A model generated the notes under the pieces. It did no database searches and was not told the origin of the DNA. It saw only the letters and a list, made by a program, of their open reading frames with translations. 64,000 bases of DNA from an uncultured Spirochaetota bacterium (GTDB taxonomy: Bacteria; Spirochaetota; Spirochaetia; SZUA-6; Fen-1364): contig CAWGAA010000001.1 in the NCBI GenBank assembly GCA_963820525.1, forward strand, positions 224,001 to 288,000, in the 5' to 3' direction. A program made the translations under genes and the position numbers. Below are positions 38,226 to 48,638 of this stretch, piece after piece. Position 1 is the stretch's first letter. Every line of letters starts with the position of its first letter.

Positions 38226-39556
38226 AGCTTGTCGGCGACTCTTGCGGCTTCTTTCTTGATCCCCGGCAGGGGGTCTTTCTCGGCCATTCTCAGGAGCTTC
38301 TCCTTGAGCGCCGAGAAGGCGTTCAGCTCGATTCCCTTGATCGCATAGAGCCTGACGTAGGGGTCCGCGTTTTCAAGGAAGCGCTCGAAGATCTCCTTGA
38401 GGCCGGGAGCCCGAGCGGACGAGAGCACACGCGCCTCCCAGAGGAGAGCCTTCTGATCGCGAGCGCGCGTGTCCGCGTTCACCGCTTCGGCAATGGCGCT
38501 GATCGTCGAGTCTGATGGGTTTTTCTCCACCAGAAGAGAGAGGGCTTTTTCCCGGCTCTCCGGGGGCGTGCCGGTCTTCGTGAACAAATCCAGCATCAGG
38601 GAGGTGGCATCATCCCCTCCGATGACGGCCAGCGTGCTGATGGCCTCGACCCGGACCTGGCTTACCGGATCCGATTTCGCCTTATAGGAAAGGATCGAAA
38701 TCACCTCTGAAGTCCTGTCGCCCGGCAGGGGACGGGCCAGGGCCTTGATGCACTCCGTGCGCACCTTCCAGTTGTCGTCGCGCATGCCCGCAAGGAGCTG
38801 GTCGATGACCAGGGACACATCGAAGCGTGCCAGCGCCGAAGCGGCGTATGTTTTTGAAAGGGCGTCGTTCTCCGCCATCAGGGACTTGAGGATGGGTATG
38901 GCCTTCGCATCGCCGATTTTTCCCAACGCATCAGCGGCATACAATCGCCAGGTCTTCTCCTGTTCCGTGTCCTTCACGACAGCGATGAGTTGATCCTCCG
39001 CCGCCGGATCCTTCAACGCGCCCAAGGCCAGGATTACCTGGCTCTTCCTGCCGTCGGGGAAGTCGGCGCTGATGAGCTTGGAAAGGAGGATCTCGGTCAC
39101 CGATCTGTCCTGGCTTGCTCCAAGCGCCTCGATGGCCTGTGAGGCGATCCCGTTGTCGGCGACGTCAATGAGCGGGATGAGGTCTTTTGTGATCCCCGCC
39201 GCTCCCGCTGCCATGAGGTAATGGATGGCAGAGATCACCAGCTCGCTTTTCTGGTCCTGCCAGCCGCCGATGATCCGCCGCGCCGTCTCTTCCCCCTCCT
39301 TTGCCTTCTGGTCTGAAAAAAGATCGAGGATCGCCTTTTGAACGTCGCCGCTGGCAGAAGTCGCGAGCAGCCGGGCGAGTTCGCTCGTGAGGGAGGTATC
39401 CTTCATTTCCCTGATCTCCTGCACAGTCTGCAGGACCTGGCTGTCTATCCCGTAGAGGAGAGTCTGTTTCCATACATCGCGGACCTGCGCGGCTACTTCG
39501 GCATCGGAGCGCTGCGGGCTGGCCAGAAGGAGAAAGAGGGTAAGAATGAACGTCAT
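38222..39556 (-). CDS. Exported HEAT-repeat protein
   Basis: ATG 39556 (MTFILTLFLLL) overlaps the murJ stop. PBS/HEAT repeats (RLYAADALGKIGD, WKVRTECIKALA, VRVEAISTLA). Confidence 0.85.
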   Translation of the reverse strand: MTFILTLFLLLASPQRSDAEVAAQVRDVWKQTLLYGIDSQVLQTVQEIREMKDTSLTSELARLLATSASGDVQKAILDLFSDQKAKEGEETARRIIGGWQDQKSELVISAIHYLMAAGAAGITKDLIPLIDVADNGIASQAIEALGASQDRSVTEILLSKLISADFPDGRKSQVILALGALKDPAAEDQLIAVVKDTEQEKTWRLYAADALGKIGDAKAIPILKSLMAENDALSKTYAASALARFDVSLVIDQLLAGMRDDNWKVRTECIKALARPLPGDRTSEVISILSYKAKSDPVSQVRVEAISTLAVIGGDDATSLMLDLFTKTGTPPESREKALSLLVEKNPSDSTISAIAEAVNADTRARDQKALLWEARVLSSARAPGLKEIFERFLENADPYVRLYAIKGIELNAFSALKEKLLRMAEKDPLPGIKKEAARVADKL

Positions 39557-41121
39557 GTCGTTCTCCGCCTTTTCACCAGGTCCATGACAAAGGGGACCCG
39601 AAGGATGATGTACATCGCAAAGGTGATGACAACCGCGGCGCCGACCGCGGCGCCCACCCACAGGAGGCTCGTCAGGCTGCTCCCCGCGGACCACAGATCG
39701 CCCTTGAATCGCAGGAATGCCAGAAGGAAGGCTACCAGGGGAATCGAGGCGGCGAGCGACTTGAGGAAGCTTAAGGAGATCCTGCGCGCCCCGATCCTCG
39801 ACAGCCGCCTCCGCGCCACGATGAGCAGATATGCCAGGCCCGCGCTGAAGGCAATGGAGTTGGCAACGGCGAGCCCCGTCACGCGGAGAGGCGTTTCCTT
39901 GAGCCAGAGGGAGAACGCGAGATCCACCCCCGCCACCAGGGCGGCGCTCACGATCGGGGTGCGAAACTCCTTCAACGAGTAGAAGAAGCGCTGGAGGAAA
40001 TTGTACAAACCCATGCTGAGAAGGCCCACGGCATAGCCCGTGAGGGCACGGGAGGCCATAACCGTGTTGGCGGCCTTGAAGCTCATCCTCTGCAGGGTGA
40101 CGGAGATGATCTCCTTTCCCAACAGGCAGAGCAGGACCGCGGAGGGGACAAGGAGAACCGTGAGGAACTCGATGCCGTAGCTTACCGAATCCCGCAGTCC
40201 TTCGGTGTCGTTTCCCGCCACCTGCCTGCTCATGCGGGGGAACACGACGGTGGTGATGGACGCCGTGAATATCCCGATGGGGATCTGAAGGAACATGATG
40301 GCGTTCGTCAGCGCGGAGACGCTTCCGTCCTCCAGGGAGCTTGCGAAGAAGCTGGCGAGGAACTGGTTGATGGCGAAAATAGACGCAGACGCGAGGTAGG
40401 GAATCCAGAGCTTCACCGTCTGGTGGAAGCGCGGGTTTCCGAAATGAAAATCGAGGGAGACGGAGTAGCCGCGTGCGCGGAAAGCGGGAAGCTGGAAGAC
40501 GAGCTGGATCACCCCTCCCACCAGCACCCCCACTCCCATTGAGGCAACCCCGATACGTTTTCCCAGCAGGAGCATGAAGAGTACTATTGCCAGGGAGAAC
40601 AGAAGGGGGCTCAAGGCCGGAACGGCGAAGCGGCCGTGGGAGTTGAGGACCGCCATGACCACCGCGCTGATGCTGACGAAGAGGATGTAGTTGAACATCC
40701 ATCTGAACAGCTCCGCCGCAATGGGGATCTTCTGGGGGTCCGAGAAGGGCAGGAGGACCGAAACGAAGGCGCGGGGGAAGGCGAGGCTCAATCCCACCAG
40801 GGGAACGAGGATCAGGATCAGCAGGGCCATGAGGTTTCCCACAAGCCTGCGGGACTCGCGGCCCGAGGGATCCTCCACGATCGTCGACGAGAGCACGGGG
40901 ATGAAGGCCGATGACAAGGCCCCTTCGGCAAAGAGCTTTCGAAGATTGTTGGGAATGTTGAAAACGGCATTCAGGGCGTCGGCATTGCCCGAAGCGCCGA
41001 AGAGCGCGGCGATGAGGGCCTGCTTCACGTATCCGAAGAGGCGGGAAAGCGCCGTACAGGCCATCACGATGAAGGTGGAAAGAGTGCTCTTTCGCGTGCC
41101 GCTTTCCGTTCCGGTCTCCAC
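39553..41121 (-). CDS. murJ: Lipid II flippase MurJ
   Basis: SRLFGY, IPNNLRKLFAEGALSSAFIPV and many TM segments. Confidence 0.96.
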   Translation of the reverse strand: METGTESGTRKSTLSTFIVMACTALSRLFGYVKQALIAALFGASGNADALNAVFNIPNNLRKLFAEGALSSAFIPVLSSTIVEDPSGRESRRLVGNLMALLILILVPLVGLSLAFPRAFVSVLLPFSDPQKIPIAAELFRWMFNYILFVSISAVVMAVLNSHGRFAVPALSPLLFSLAIVLFMLLLGKRIGVASMGVGVLVGGVIQLVFQLPAFRARGYSVSLDFHFGNPRFHQTVKLWIPYLASASIFAINQFLASFFASSLEDGSVSALTNAIMFLQIPIGIFTASITTVVFPRMSRQVAGNDTEGLRDSVSYGIEFLTVLLVPSAVLLCLLGKEIISVTLQRMSFKAANTVMASRALTGYAVGLLSMGLYNFLQRFFYSLKEFRTPIVSAALVAGVDLAFSLWLKETPLRVTGLAVANSIAFSAGLAYLLIVARRRLSRIGARRISLSFLKSLAASIPLVAFLLAFLRFKGDLWSAGSSLTSLLWVGAAVGAAVVITFAMYIILRVPFVMDLVKRRRTT

Positions 41122-41124
41122 GCT

Positions 41125-41910
41125 TTACTCCTTTGCCTCGAAGCTCACCGTTTGAAGCTCGCCGCTTGAAGCAGCGGAAACTGAAAGTGTCCACCTTCCC
41201 TCCGAGGCCACCAGGGGAAAGACCGCGGGATTCGAGCCGTGGAGCGCAAGCCGGCGGCTCTGCACCTCCCTCCCCTCCTTCACGAGCGAAACGTGAACGG
41301 ACTCCGCCGCGCCGTCCCCCGCCGTCACCTTCACCTCGAGGGTGGTGCACGCGGGAATCGGTGTTTCAAGGGAGACTGTCCGGCTGCCTCCGCCCAGGGC
41401 GAGCTCCAATGCCGGCGGCTGCCACTGAAGAACCCGGCGAGCGCCGATGTAGCGGTCAGCGTAGTATTTCTCAGCGAGCGAGGAGACGATGACCCCCGTG
41501 CGCGCTCCCTCGGATGCCGAGTGCACGAAGCGCCCTCCGCCGACGAACAGCCCCACGTGGGATGGAGTGGTTCTGGAAGGGGTCCCCTTTTCGGAAGTGT
41601 CGAAAAAGAGGAGATCTCCGACGTGCAGGGGGGAGGCGGATTGCTTTGCGCGTGTAAAAAGGCCTTCGACGGTTCGCTCGAGGTCCATGCCGGCCGCTTC
41701 ACGGTAGACGGTCATGACGAGCCCCGAGCAGTCCATGCCGGAGGCGTCGCTTCCCGCATATCGGTACGGCGTTCCCAGGTACGCGAAGGCGGTCCACGCG
41801 AGCTTTCCCTGCAGAAGGAGGGACTCCCCGCCCGTAACGCGGGCATCGAGGGCTCCGGCCCCGAGGCAGGGGAGAAAGGCGAGCGCGCAGAACGCATTTC
41901 GCAATCTCAT
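41125..41910 (-). CDS. NlpC/P60 (C40) peptidoglycan peptidase
   Basis: YLGTPYRYAG, GMDCSGL, GDLLFF, HVGLFVG and FVHSAS, plus an extra C-terminal beta domain. Confidence 0.92.
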   Translation of the reverse strand: MRLRNAFCALAFLPCLGAGALDARVTGGESLLLQGKLAWTAFAYLGTPYRYAGSDASGMDCSGLVMTVYREAAGMDLERTVEGLFTRAKQSASPLHVGDLLFFDTSEKGTPSRTTPSHVGLFVGGGRFVHSASEGARTGVIVSSLAEKYYADRYIGARRVLQWQPPALELALGGGSRTVSLETPIPACTTLEVKVTAGDGAAESVHVSLVKEGREVQSRRLALHGSNPAVFPLVASEGRWTLSVSAASSGELQTVSFEAKE

Positions 41911-41950
41911 GGAGAAAGGCTCCTTTTTCTAGGAATCGGCAGAAAGCCGC

Positions 41951-43084
41951 TCACTGTGCACCTCCCCGGCTCTGGGCGTAGCGGGAGAGGAACTCCTTCT
42001 TGTAGGCTGCAAATGAACCGCGCTCGATGGCCCGCCTGATTTCCTTGACGAGGCTCTGGATGAAGAAGAGATTGTGGCAGGTGGCGAGCACCGCGGCCTG
42101 GATCTCTCCGGCCTTGAAAAGGTGCCGCAGGTATCCTCGGGAGTGGGTGCGGCATGTCTCGCATTGGCAGGCGGGATCGATGGGAGAGAAATCCATCTTG
42201 TTTTTTTCCGCCCGCAGGGAGAGCGGTCCCGTGGAGGTGAAGACGAGGGCATTGCGGGCCGTGCGCGTGGGAAACACGCAATCGAAGAGGTCGATGCCGG
42301 TTTCCACCGCCTCCAGGATGTACTGGGGAGTTCCGATCCCCATGAGGTAGCGCGGCTTGTCCGCCGGGAGGAGCGCTGCCGCGTGGCCCAGCATGTCGCG
42401 GAACACCCCGAACTCCTCCCCCACGGACAGCCCGCCGATGGCGTAGCCGGGAAGGTCGAGGTCCACGATGCCCTCCGCGCTTTCCATCCTCATGTCCTTG
42501 AAGAAATTGCCCTGCATGATGCCGAAGAGCTCTCCCGTGAGGGGCGTTTGCCGGGATTCCCATTGTCCCTTGCTCTTCTTGAGCCACTCCGTGGTGAGGC
42601 GCAGGGCATCCCGGGCCTCATCGCGGGAGATTCCCGGGGGGGTGCAAACGTCCAGGGGCATCAGGACATCGCTTCCCAGTATTTGCTGGATCTCGATCAC
42701 GTCCTCGGGGGTCAGCCGGTGAGCCGAGCCGTCGATATGGGAGCGGAAGCTGATTCCCCCCTGCTCTATTTTTCGAAAAGGGGCGAGGGAGAATACCTGG
42801 TACCCTCCGGAGTCCGTGAGGATATTGTGCTTCCAGCCCATGAAGGCATGCAGGCCTCCCGCGCTCCTGACGACTTCCTTTCCCGGCCGCAGGTACAGGT
42901 GGTAGGTATTTGCGAGAATCAGCGTGATCCCCATCTTCTCCAGGTCCCTGTTCTTCATTGCCTTCACGGAGGCGTTCGTGCCGACAGGCATGAAGCAGGG
43001 CGTGGATACGGTGCCGTGATTCAGCGCGAGGGATCCCGTTCGGGCCGCGCACGAGGGGTCGATCCGTCCGACGGTGAAGGACAT
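41951..43084 (-). CDS. tgt: Queuine tRNA-ribosyltransferase
   Basis: FMPVGT, ILANTYHL, TDSGGYQVFSL, GGLSVGE, FDCVFPTR and Zn ligands CQCETC. Confidence 0.98.
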   Translation of the reverse strand: MSFTVGRIDPSCAARTGSLALNHGTVSTPCFMPVGTNASVKAMKNRDLEKMGITLILANTYHLYLRPGKEVVRSAGGLHAFMGWKHNILTDSGGYQVFSLAPFRKIEQGGISFRSHIDGSAHRLTPEDVIEIQQILGSDVLMPLDVCTPPGISRDEARDALRLTTEWLKKSKGQWESRQTPLTGELFGIMQGNFFKDMRMESAEGIVDLDLPGYAIGGLSVGEEFGVFRDMLGHAAALLPADKPRYLMGIGTPQYILEAVETGIDLFDCVFPTRTARNALVFTSTGPLSLRAEKNKMDFSPIDPACQCETCRTHSRGYLRHLFKAGEIQAAVLATCHNLFFIQSLVKEIRRAIERGSFAAYKKEFLSRYAQSRGGAQ

Positions 43085-43106
43085 CAGGCCTCTCCTGTCT
43101 CCAGAG

Positions 43107-44186
43107 TCATGTCCGGGCCGTTCTGAAGAGCATCATGCCCAGCAGGAAGAAAAGGATGAATGGGCTCCACGCGCCCGCCAGCGGCGGGATGGAGCCGACG
43201 GATGAGAGGATCGCGGAGAGGTATTGAGCCACGTAGAAGACCACGGCGATGATGAGCACGGCGAGCAGGCTCATTAGGAGCGTGTTCTTGCGGAACGTGC
43301 TGCCCAGCGAGCTTGCGATCAAGGCCACGATCAGCGGCGTACAGGCGAAGGAGAACTTGCGGTAGTAGTCGGTGAGGGGCTCCAGGTACGAGTAGCCGGT
43401 CCTTTTCAGCGTCGCCACATAGCTTCGCGCCTCGGCCAGGTTCATGTCGATGACGTTTCTCGTCGGCCGCTTGAAGGTGGCCAGGGGCTCCGAGAAGCGC
43501 GGGGAATCGAGCATGTCCTGGCGCGCATCGCTGAGCTCCCGCCGGGCATCGTCCCAGGTGAACACGCGACAGTTGAAGAACACCCAATGGGTGTACCGCC
43601 ATTCTCCCCATTGGGCGTCGATTCGCTGCTGCAGGGTGCCGTCCGGGGAGCGCACGACGAGCGTCACCCCGTCGAGGCGTTTGAGGGCGTCATTGTAGTA
43701 ATCGGCCTGGTAGATCACCGTGTTGTCCGCGCTGATCACCGTGGCGTTGGACTGGCTTGCGGGGCTCGTCTGTTTGACCGCTATGGCGTAGGCGACGTTT
43801 CGTTCCCGCAGGGTCGGAATGACGACGGCGTCTTCGAAAAAGAACCCCCCGGCGCTCAAGAGGACCCCGAAAAGCACGAAGGGCACCACCAGGCGGTACA
43901 GGCTGACCCCCGAGCCGAAGATGGCGAAGAGCTCGTTGTTGCTGTAGAAGATCCCCAATGAATAGGAAACGCCGAAGAGGAAGGCCACGGGGAGGGAGAA
44001 AGATACGCACTTGGGCAGGTACAGGAGGGCAAGGTATCCGATCTGGGCCGCGGTGACGTCGTGGGCGAGGTAGCGCCAGATGTTTCCGAAAAGGTCTATG
44101 ATCTGGAGGATCAGCACGAAGAAGAGCACGGCGGTGATGAAAAGGGGGATGAAGGTCTTGAGAACCATCCGGTCAATGAGCGTCAT
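43107..44186 (-). CDS. lptG: LptF/LptG-family permease (LptG-like)
   Basis: ATG 44186 overlaps the upstream stop. Architecture is 3 TM, periplasmic domain, 3 TM, with NNELFAIFGSGVSLYRL. Confidence 0.85.
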   Translation of the reverse strand: MTLIDRMVLKTFIPLFITAVLFFVLILQIIDLFGNIWRYLAHDVTAAQIGYLALLYLPKCVSFSLPVAFLFGVSYSLGIFYSNNELFAIFGSGVSLYRLVVPFVLFGVLLSAGGFFFEDAVVIPTLRERNVAYAIAVKQTSPASQSNATVISADNTVIYQADYYNDALKRLDGVTLVVRSPDGTLQQRIDAQWGEWRYTHWVFFNCRVFTWDDARRELSDARQDMLDSPRFSEPLATFKRPTRNVIDMNLAEARSYVATLKRTGYSYLEPLTDYYRKFSFACTPLIVALIASSLGSTFRKNTLLMSLLAVLIIAVVFYVAQYLSAILSSVGSIPPLAGAWSPFILFFLLGMMLFRTART

Positions 44187-45465
44187 CGGGAGAGCCTCAA
44201 AGTGTAGATCACTCCCCCGGCGGCCAGAACGATGAGGTCCGGAAGCCACATCGACAGGGCGGGGGGAAGATCCATGCGCCCGCCGAAGGTCTGACCCACC
44301 AGAAGGAGCCCGTAATACAGGATCGATACGAGGAGGCCCACCGCGAACCCGACGGTCCTGCCGCTCCTTCGTGCCATCAGCCCGATGGGAAAGGCGAAGA
44401 AAGCGAAGACCATGCAGGCGATGGGGAGGCTGAACTTGCGGTGGAACTCGACGAGATAACTCTGCAGGGCCTGTCGGACACGTCCCGGGCCTCCTCCGTC
44501 AGGAGACCCCGGTAGAGAGCGTCGATGTTCTTCTTCACGGCGGGCAGCTTCGTCGGGTCCGATCCCGCCTCCAGCTCTCCCGCCAAGATAGCCGACGAGA
44601 GGCCGTAGAGCATGGCCGCGACGTGCTCCGCCTTGTCCCGCTCCTTTTCCGCCTGGTCCCGTCTCATCTTCTGGATCTGCTTCCACACGTCCACCGAGCT
44701 CTGCTGCGACGGCCCGAGGCTCCCGATTGCAGCCGTGATGTTCTTCAGAAGTATCGTATAGACCATCGAATCGGCGAAGAAATAGTCGTAGCGGTCGCCT
44801 TCCTTCGGGAGGCTCACCTGGCTGAATACCTTGTCCAGGGTGAGGGACACGACCCCCCGTGCCTCGGCGCTTTCGGAGAGCGACGCCGCCTTTGCCAGGA
44901 TCAGGCGCCTGTTGCCCTCCGCTGTTTTATCGATGATGAGCACGTCCGTGATCCGTCTTCCCTCCACGCCTCCCGTGATGATGATCGTGTTTTCATACTT
45001 CTTGATCGAGTGCGGCTCGAGCTCCACGGCGGGGTTGGCGTAGATCACCCTCCTGTAGATCTCCGCGAACCTTATGCTTCCCAGCGGGAAGAAGTAGTCG
45101 TTCATGACGAAAGAGACGGCGGAGAAGGCCAGGCCCAGCGCAAGGAGGGGCACGAGGAGGTGGCGCGGAGGAATCCCGAGCACACTGAAGGCGAGAAACT
45201 CGTGGTCGGACGACAGCCGACCCACCGCCATCAGGGAGCCGACCAGCGAGCCGAAGGGAAAGGAAAGCGCGACGACGAAGGGAAGGGAATAGATGACCAG
45301 CTTGATGACGTCCCAGAACGGCACCTTCTTGGAAAAGATCTGATACGCGAGGAGCAGGATCTGGTTCACGAAAAAGATGAAGAAAAAAAAGAGGAAGGCG
45401 ACGGTGAAGGAGAAGAGGAACTCCCGGCCTACGTAGAGCCAGGTCCTTCTAAAACTCCGTGCCAT
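44183..45465 (-). CDS. lptF: LptF/LptG-family permease (LptF-like), frameshifted near 44467-44471
   Basis: N-part in ORF 45465-44377 (GRLSSDHEFLAF). C-terminal TMs (EFHRKFSLPIAC...MWLPD) are in ORF 44686-44183. Adding one base restores 427 aa. Confidence 0.85.
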
Positions 45466-46951
45466 CCCCTCCCCCGTCCTGTCCCTCGGTGAACCGCGCC
45501 ACCCCCGCCCCGAGCGTACCGAAGAAAACGTAGGGCGCCCGATACGCGATGGCGGTGATGTCGAGCGAGGCGAGCCCGTCTGAGATGCCGAGCCTCCGCC
45601 AGGTCCCCGCGCCCTTCGAGAGCACGCTCACCCCGCCCCCGAAGCTTCCGAAGTAGATCCCCGCCGGAGTCTCACATGCGGAAAGGATCCAGTCGTCGCC
45701 GATCTCGCCGCTTGAGCGCGTGAACGAGCGGATCGTATCCTTTCCTCCCGTCCAGAGGAAGAGGCCTTCGCCGTAGGTGCCGATCCAGATTCTCCCGAGG
45801 CTGTCGTGAAGCACGGAAGTGATATTGGAGGCGGCGATCTCGGGATGCTCTTCGGAGAGCCTGCGCATGGCCCCGGATTGGAGGTCGAGTATGATGAGCC
45901 CCAGCGTCATCGTCCCCACCAGGAGCTTCGTCCCGGTCCGATCGGGGGCGAGGCAGGTGATGAACGGGCCGGGAAGCCCTCCATCCTCCACCCGCATCCA
46001 GGTGCCGGATCGAAGCCTGAAGAGGCCGTCTCCGAGCGTTCCCGCGTAGAGCTCACCTCCCGCCTCCGCCAGAGCCTGGACATTGGGAGGTTCAGCCAGG
46101 CCGAGATTTTCAGGGGGTCCCCAGCGGGATGAGACCTTGGAGAACCAGAAGAGCCCTTCCGAGGTTCCCACCCATACCCGTCTGGCGAGGATCTCTATGG
46201 AGCGGACCGTCGTCGCCGGCGTGGAGAAGGGAAGTCGATCTCCCGACGCCACCGAGTAGCGGGAGAGTCCGCCGTTCCAGGTTCCCACCCACACGTCGTC
46301 GCCATCCGCGTGGATGAAGGACACGTTCTCGTCGGAGAGGCCGAGCGATTCGGCAGAGAGGGTTTCCCATCGCAGGCGGTGGGAAAGCGCTTTGTACAGG
46401 ATCGCATCCTGCGCTCCCAGCCGCTCGCCTCTGACGCGCATGAAATAATACCGCGCGGCGGTGGCATCCCGGCCCGTGTAAAGGGTGAGCTCAGCGGTCC
46501 TGAGCAGGGCCCGATCAATGTCGGTGAGACCGGTCCCCTTCGCCGAGGTCTCGACGGCGATCCTGTAGTATTCGAGGGCCGTGCTATACGAATCGCTTTT
46601 ATAGCAGGAGTCCGCGATCTTGAGGGCGAACGGAGAGACCGTTTTCGAATCGGGCTCGAATGCCATGAGAGCGCTCAGGAAGTAGCGGGCGCGGAGAACG
46701 TCATCGCGGGCAAGGCTGATCTCGATCGACAGCGCAAGGGAATCCGCGGCCTCGGGAGAGCCGGGATAGCGGGAGCGCAGCTCCCGGAGGATCGAAAGGG
46801 CTTCTCCCGTGCCGCCCTGGCGGAAGATGTGGTCCGCCCTTTCGAACATGGCGCGGGCGCTCGGGTCCTCGGCTGCCGCCATCGCGGCTGCAAGGACAAG
46901 GGCGGCTGTGATGAGGATGAGGCGGACCGGCCTATGATCCCGTGGATCCAA
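45449..46951 (-). CDS. Exported TPR plus beta-propeller (Reg_prop-like repeats) protein
   Basis: Probable TTG start at 46951, signal peptide, TPR-like helices, then repeated WVGT..GGL / WIGTYGEGL / FGTLGAGV blades. Confidence 0.8.
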   Translation of the reverse strand: MDPRDHRPVRLILITAALVLAAAMAAAEDPSARAMFERADHIFRQGGTGEALSILRELRSRYPGSPEAADSLALSIEISLARDDVLRARYFLSALMAFEPDSKTVSPFALKIADSCYKSDSYSTALEYYRIAVETSAKGTGLTDIDRALLRTAELTLYTGRDATAARYYFMRVRGERLGAQDAILYKALSHRLRWETLSAESLGLSDENVSFIHADGDDVWVGTWNGGLSRYSVASGDRLPFSTPATTVRSIEILARRVWVGTSEGLFWFSKVSSRWGPPENLGLAEPPNVQALAEAGGELYAGTLGDGLFRLRSGTWMRVEDGGLPGPFITCLAPDRTGTKLLVGTMTLGLIILDLQSGAMRRLSEEHPEIAASNITSVLHDSLGRIWIGTYGEGLFLWTGGKDTIRSFTRSSGEIGDDWILSACETPAGIYFGSFGGGVSVLSKGAGTWRRLGISDGLASLDITAIAYRAPYVFFGTLGAGVARFTEGQDGGGDGTEF

Positions 46952-47369
46952 AACCCCCGTCCCCCCTCTTGGTTTCGGAAACCGCCTCTCCAAGCCGGAA
47001 GGCAACGCGCGTCACCTCGGCGAATACGAGCTGCGCGATGCGGTCTCCCGGGCGGATGATGAAATCCTCTTTCCCCAGATTGATGAGAATGACTTTCACC
47101 TCTCCCCGGTAGTCGCTGTCAATGGTGCCGGGGGCGTTCAACACGGTGACGCCGTGGCGCACGGAGAGTCCAGAGCGCGGCCGCACCTGGGCCTCCAGGC
47201 CCCTGGGGATATCGAGGACGATCCCCGTCGGGATCAGGGAGCGCTCTCCCGGCTTCAGGACAATGTCGGTTTCGATGCACGCCATGAGGTCAGCCCCCGA
47301 GGCGCCGGGCGACTGGTATGCGGGGACACAGCGGGGGTTTCCCGTGCAGGAAACGATCTTCTCCTCCAT
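46932..47369 (-). CDS. dut: dUTP diphosphatase
   Basis: [29 protein letters not shown] and [10 protein letters not shown]. Confidence 0.98.
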   Translation of the reverse strand: MEEKIVSCTGNPRCVPAYQSPGASGADLMACIETDIVLKPGERSLIPTGIVLDIPRGLEAQVRPRSGLSVRHGVTVLNAPGTIDSDYRGEVKVILINLGKEDFIIRPGDRIAQLVFAEVTRVAFRLGEAVSETKRGDGGFGSTGS

Positions 47370-47378
47370 GGACTTCTC

Positions 47379-48638
47379 CTAGAAAGAGAAATCGAAGCCT
47401 CTCAGGGCTCCAATGCCGCGGGTGCCGTAGGCGAGGAGGCTGAAGGCTTCCCGCCTGACAAAGGTGGCGACGAAGCTCTCCGCGTCGCCGGGCTTCACCC
47501 CTTCTATCATCGCAACCGATTCATCGAAGTCGAGCACCCTCCCGATCATCGTGAACTGGCGGACCAGCCGTTTCATCCGCGACTCCATGTCCTCGCGGGA
47601 GAGGGTCATGGAGCCGATGAGGTGGCTCTTTGCATCGGCGATCTCCGCCGCGCTCAGGGGCTCCCTGCGAAGACGCGCGAGCTCTCCATCGAGGGCAGCC
47701 AAAAGCTTCTTCGCGAGCTTGGGAATGGCGTTCGCGTAGAGGGTGAGCTGCCCCGTATCGGAATGGAAGGTGCGGAAGGAATAAACGGTATAGCAGAGGC
47801 CCCGTTCCTCGCGAAGCCGCTGGAACAGGCGCGAGCTCATCGATTCGCCGAATGCCGTGCTGAACACGAGCGATGTGTAGTAGTGGCCGATGTCGTGGTC
47901 GAGTGGATAGCACGTGCCCGCGTAGATCTGCACCTGCGTGAAGCGGTCAGCCGAGAACTCGGTGAAGCGGCCGAACGGCGGCGGCGTGCGCGCGGGCAGG
48001 GAAGCCTCTCCCGCGGATGCGCTGAAAGCCGCCTGGGCAAGCGCGCGCGCCTCGGCCGGATCGAAGTTGCCTGCCACCGCGACGATGGTGTTCGACGCCA
48101 CCAGTCTTCGTCTGTAGAAATCATCGAGGCGCTCCCTGTTGATCGCCTCCACCTCAGCGACCTCTCCCGTGATCTTTCGCGCCAGTGGGTGATCTCCCCA
48201 CATCCGGCGGAGGAACCGCTCGTGGCCTTTCTCCTCGGGGGAATCGTCGATGGAAAGGATCTCGTTCACGACAACGGCCTTCTCCTTTTCCATCTCCCCG
48301 GAGTCCAGGGATGAGGAGGAGGCCATGTCGGAGAGCACGCTGAATGCCAGGCGGATGTGCTCGCGGGGGATGACGACGTAGATGCAGGTGACCTCTTTTT
48401 CGGTGAAGGCATTGATGATGCCTCCCACCCTGTCGATCTCCTGCGCGATCTGGAGCGCCGTGCGCGAGGCGGTGCCCTTGAAGAGCATGTGCTCCAGGAA
48501 GTGGGAGAGCCCCCGCTCCCCTTCCCCCTCGTCCCGCGAGCCGTGGAGGTACCAGAATCCGATCGAGAGGGTGTCTGTTCGGTCAACCGGCTCGAGGAGC
48601 AGGTGCGCTCCGCAAGCCAGTTTTTCCGTAAGGATCAA
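47379..48638 (-). CDS. M16-family (pitrilysin-like) zinc peptidase
   Basis: HFLEHMLFKGT, NAFT and SSRLFQRLREERGLCY. TTGA overlap with pnp. Confidence 0.95.
   Translation of the reverse strand: MILTEKLACGAHLLLEPVDRTDTLSIGFWYLHGSRDEGEGERGLSHFLEHMLFKGTASRTALQIAQEIDRVGGIINAFTEKEVTCIYVVIPREHIRLAFSVLSDMASSSSLDSGEMEKEKAVVVNEILSIDDSPEEKGHERFLRRMWGDHPLARKITGEVAEVEAINRERLDDFYRRRLVASNTIVAVAGNFDPAEARALAQAAFSASAGEASLPARTPPPFGRFTEFSADRFTQVQIYAGTCYPLDHDIGHYYTSLVFSTAFGESMSSRLFQRLREERGLCYTVYSFRTFHSDTGQLTLYANAIPKLAKKLLAALDGELARLRREPLSAAEIADAKSHLIGSMTLSREDMESRMKRLVRQFTMIGRVLDFDESVAMIEGVKPGDAESFVATFVRREAFSLLAYGTRGIGALRGFDFSF

Noticed and set aside
39557..41350. Upstream ~600 codons of the 1042-aa ORF 38222-41350
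   Set aside because: Off-frame read through murJ and the NlpC/P60 gene giving Arg/Pro/Gly-rich sequence. The HEAT protein starts at ATG 39556 with a signal peptide.
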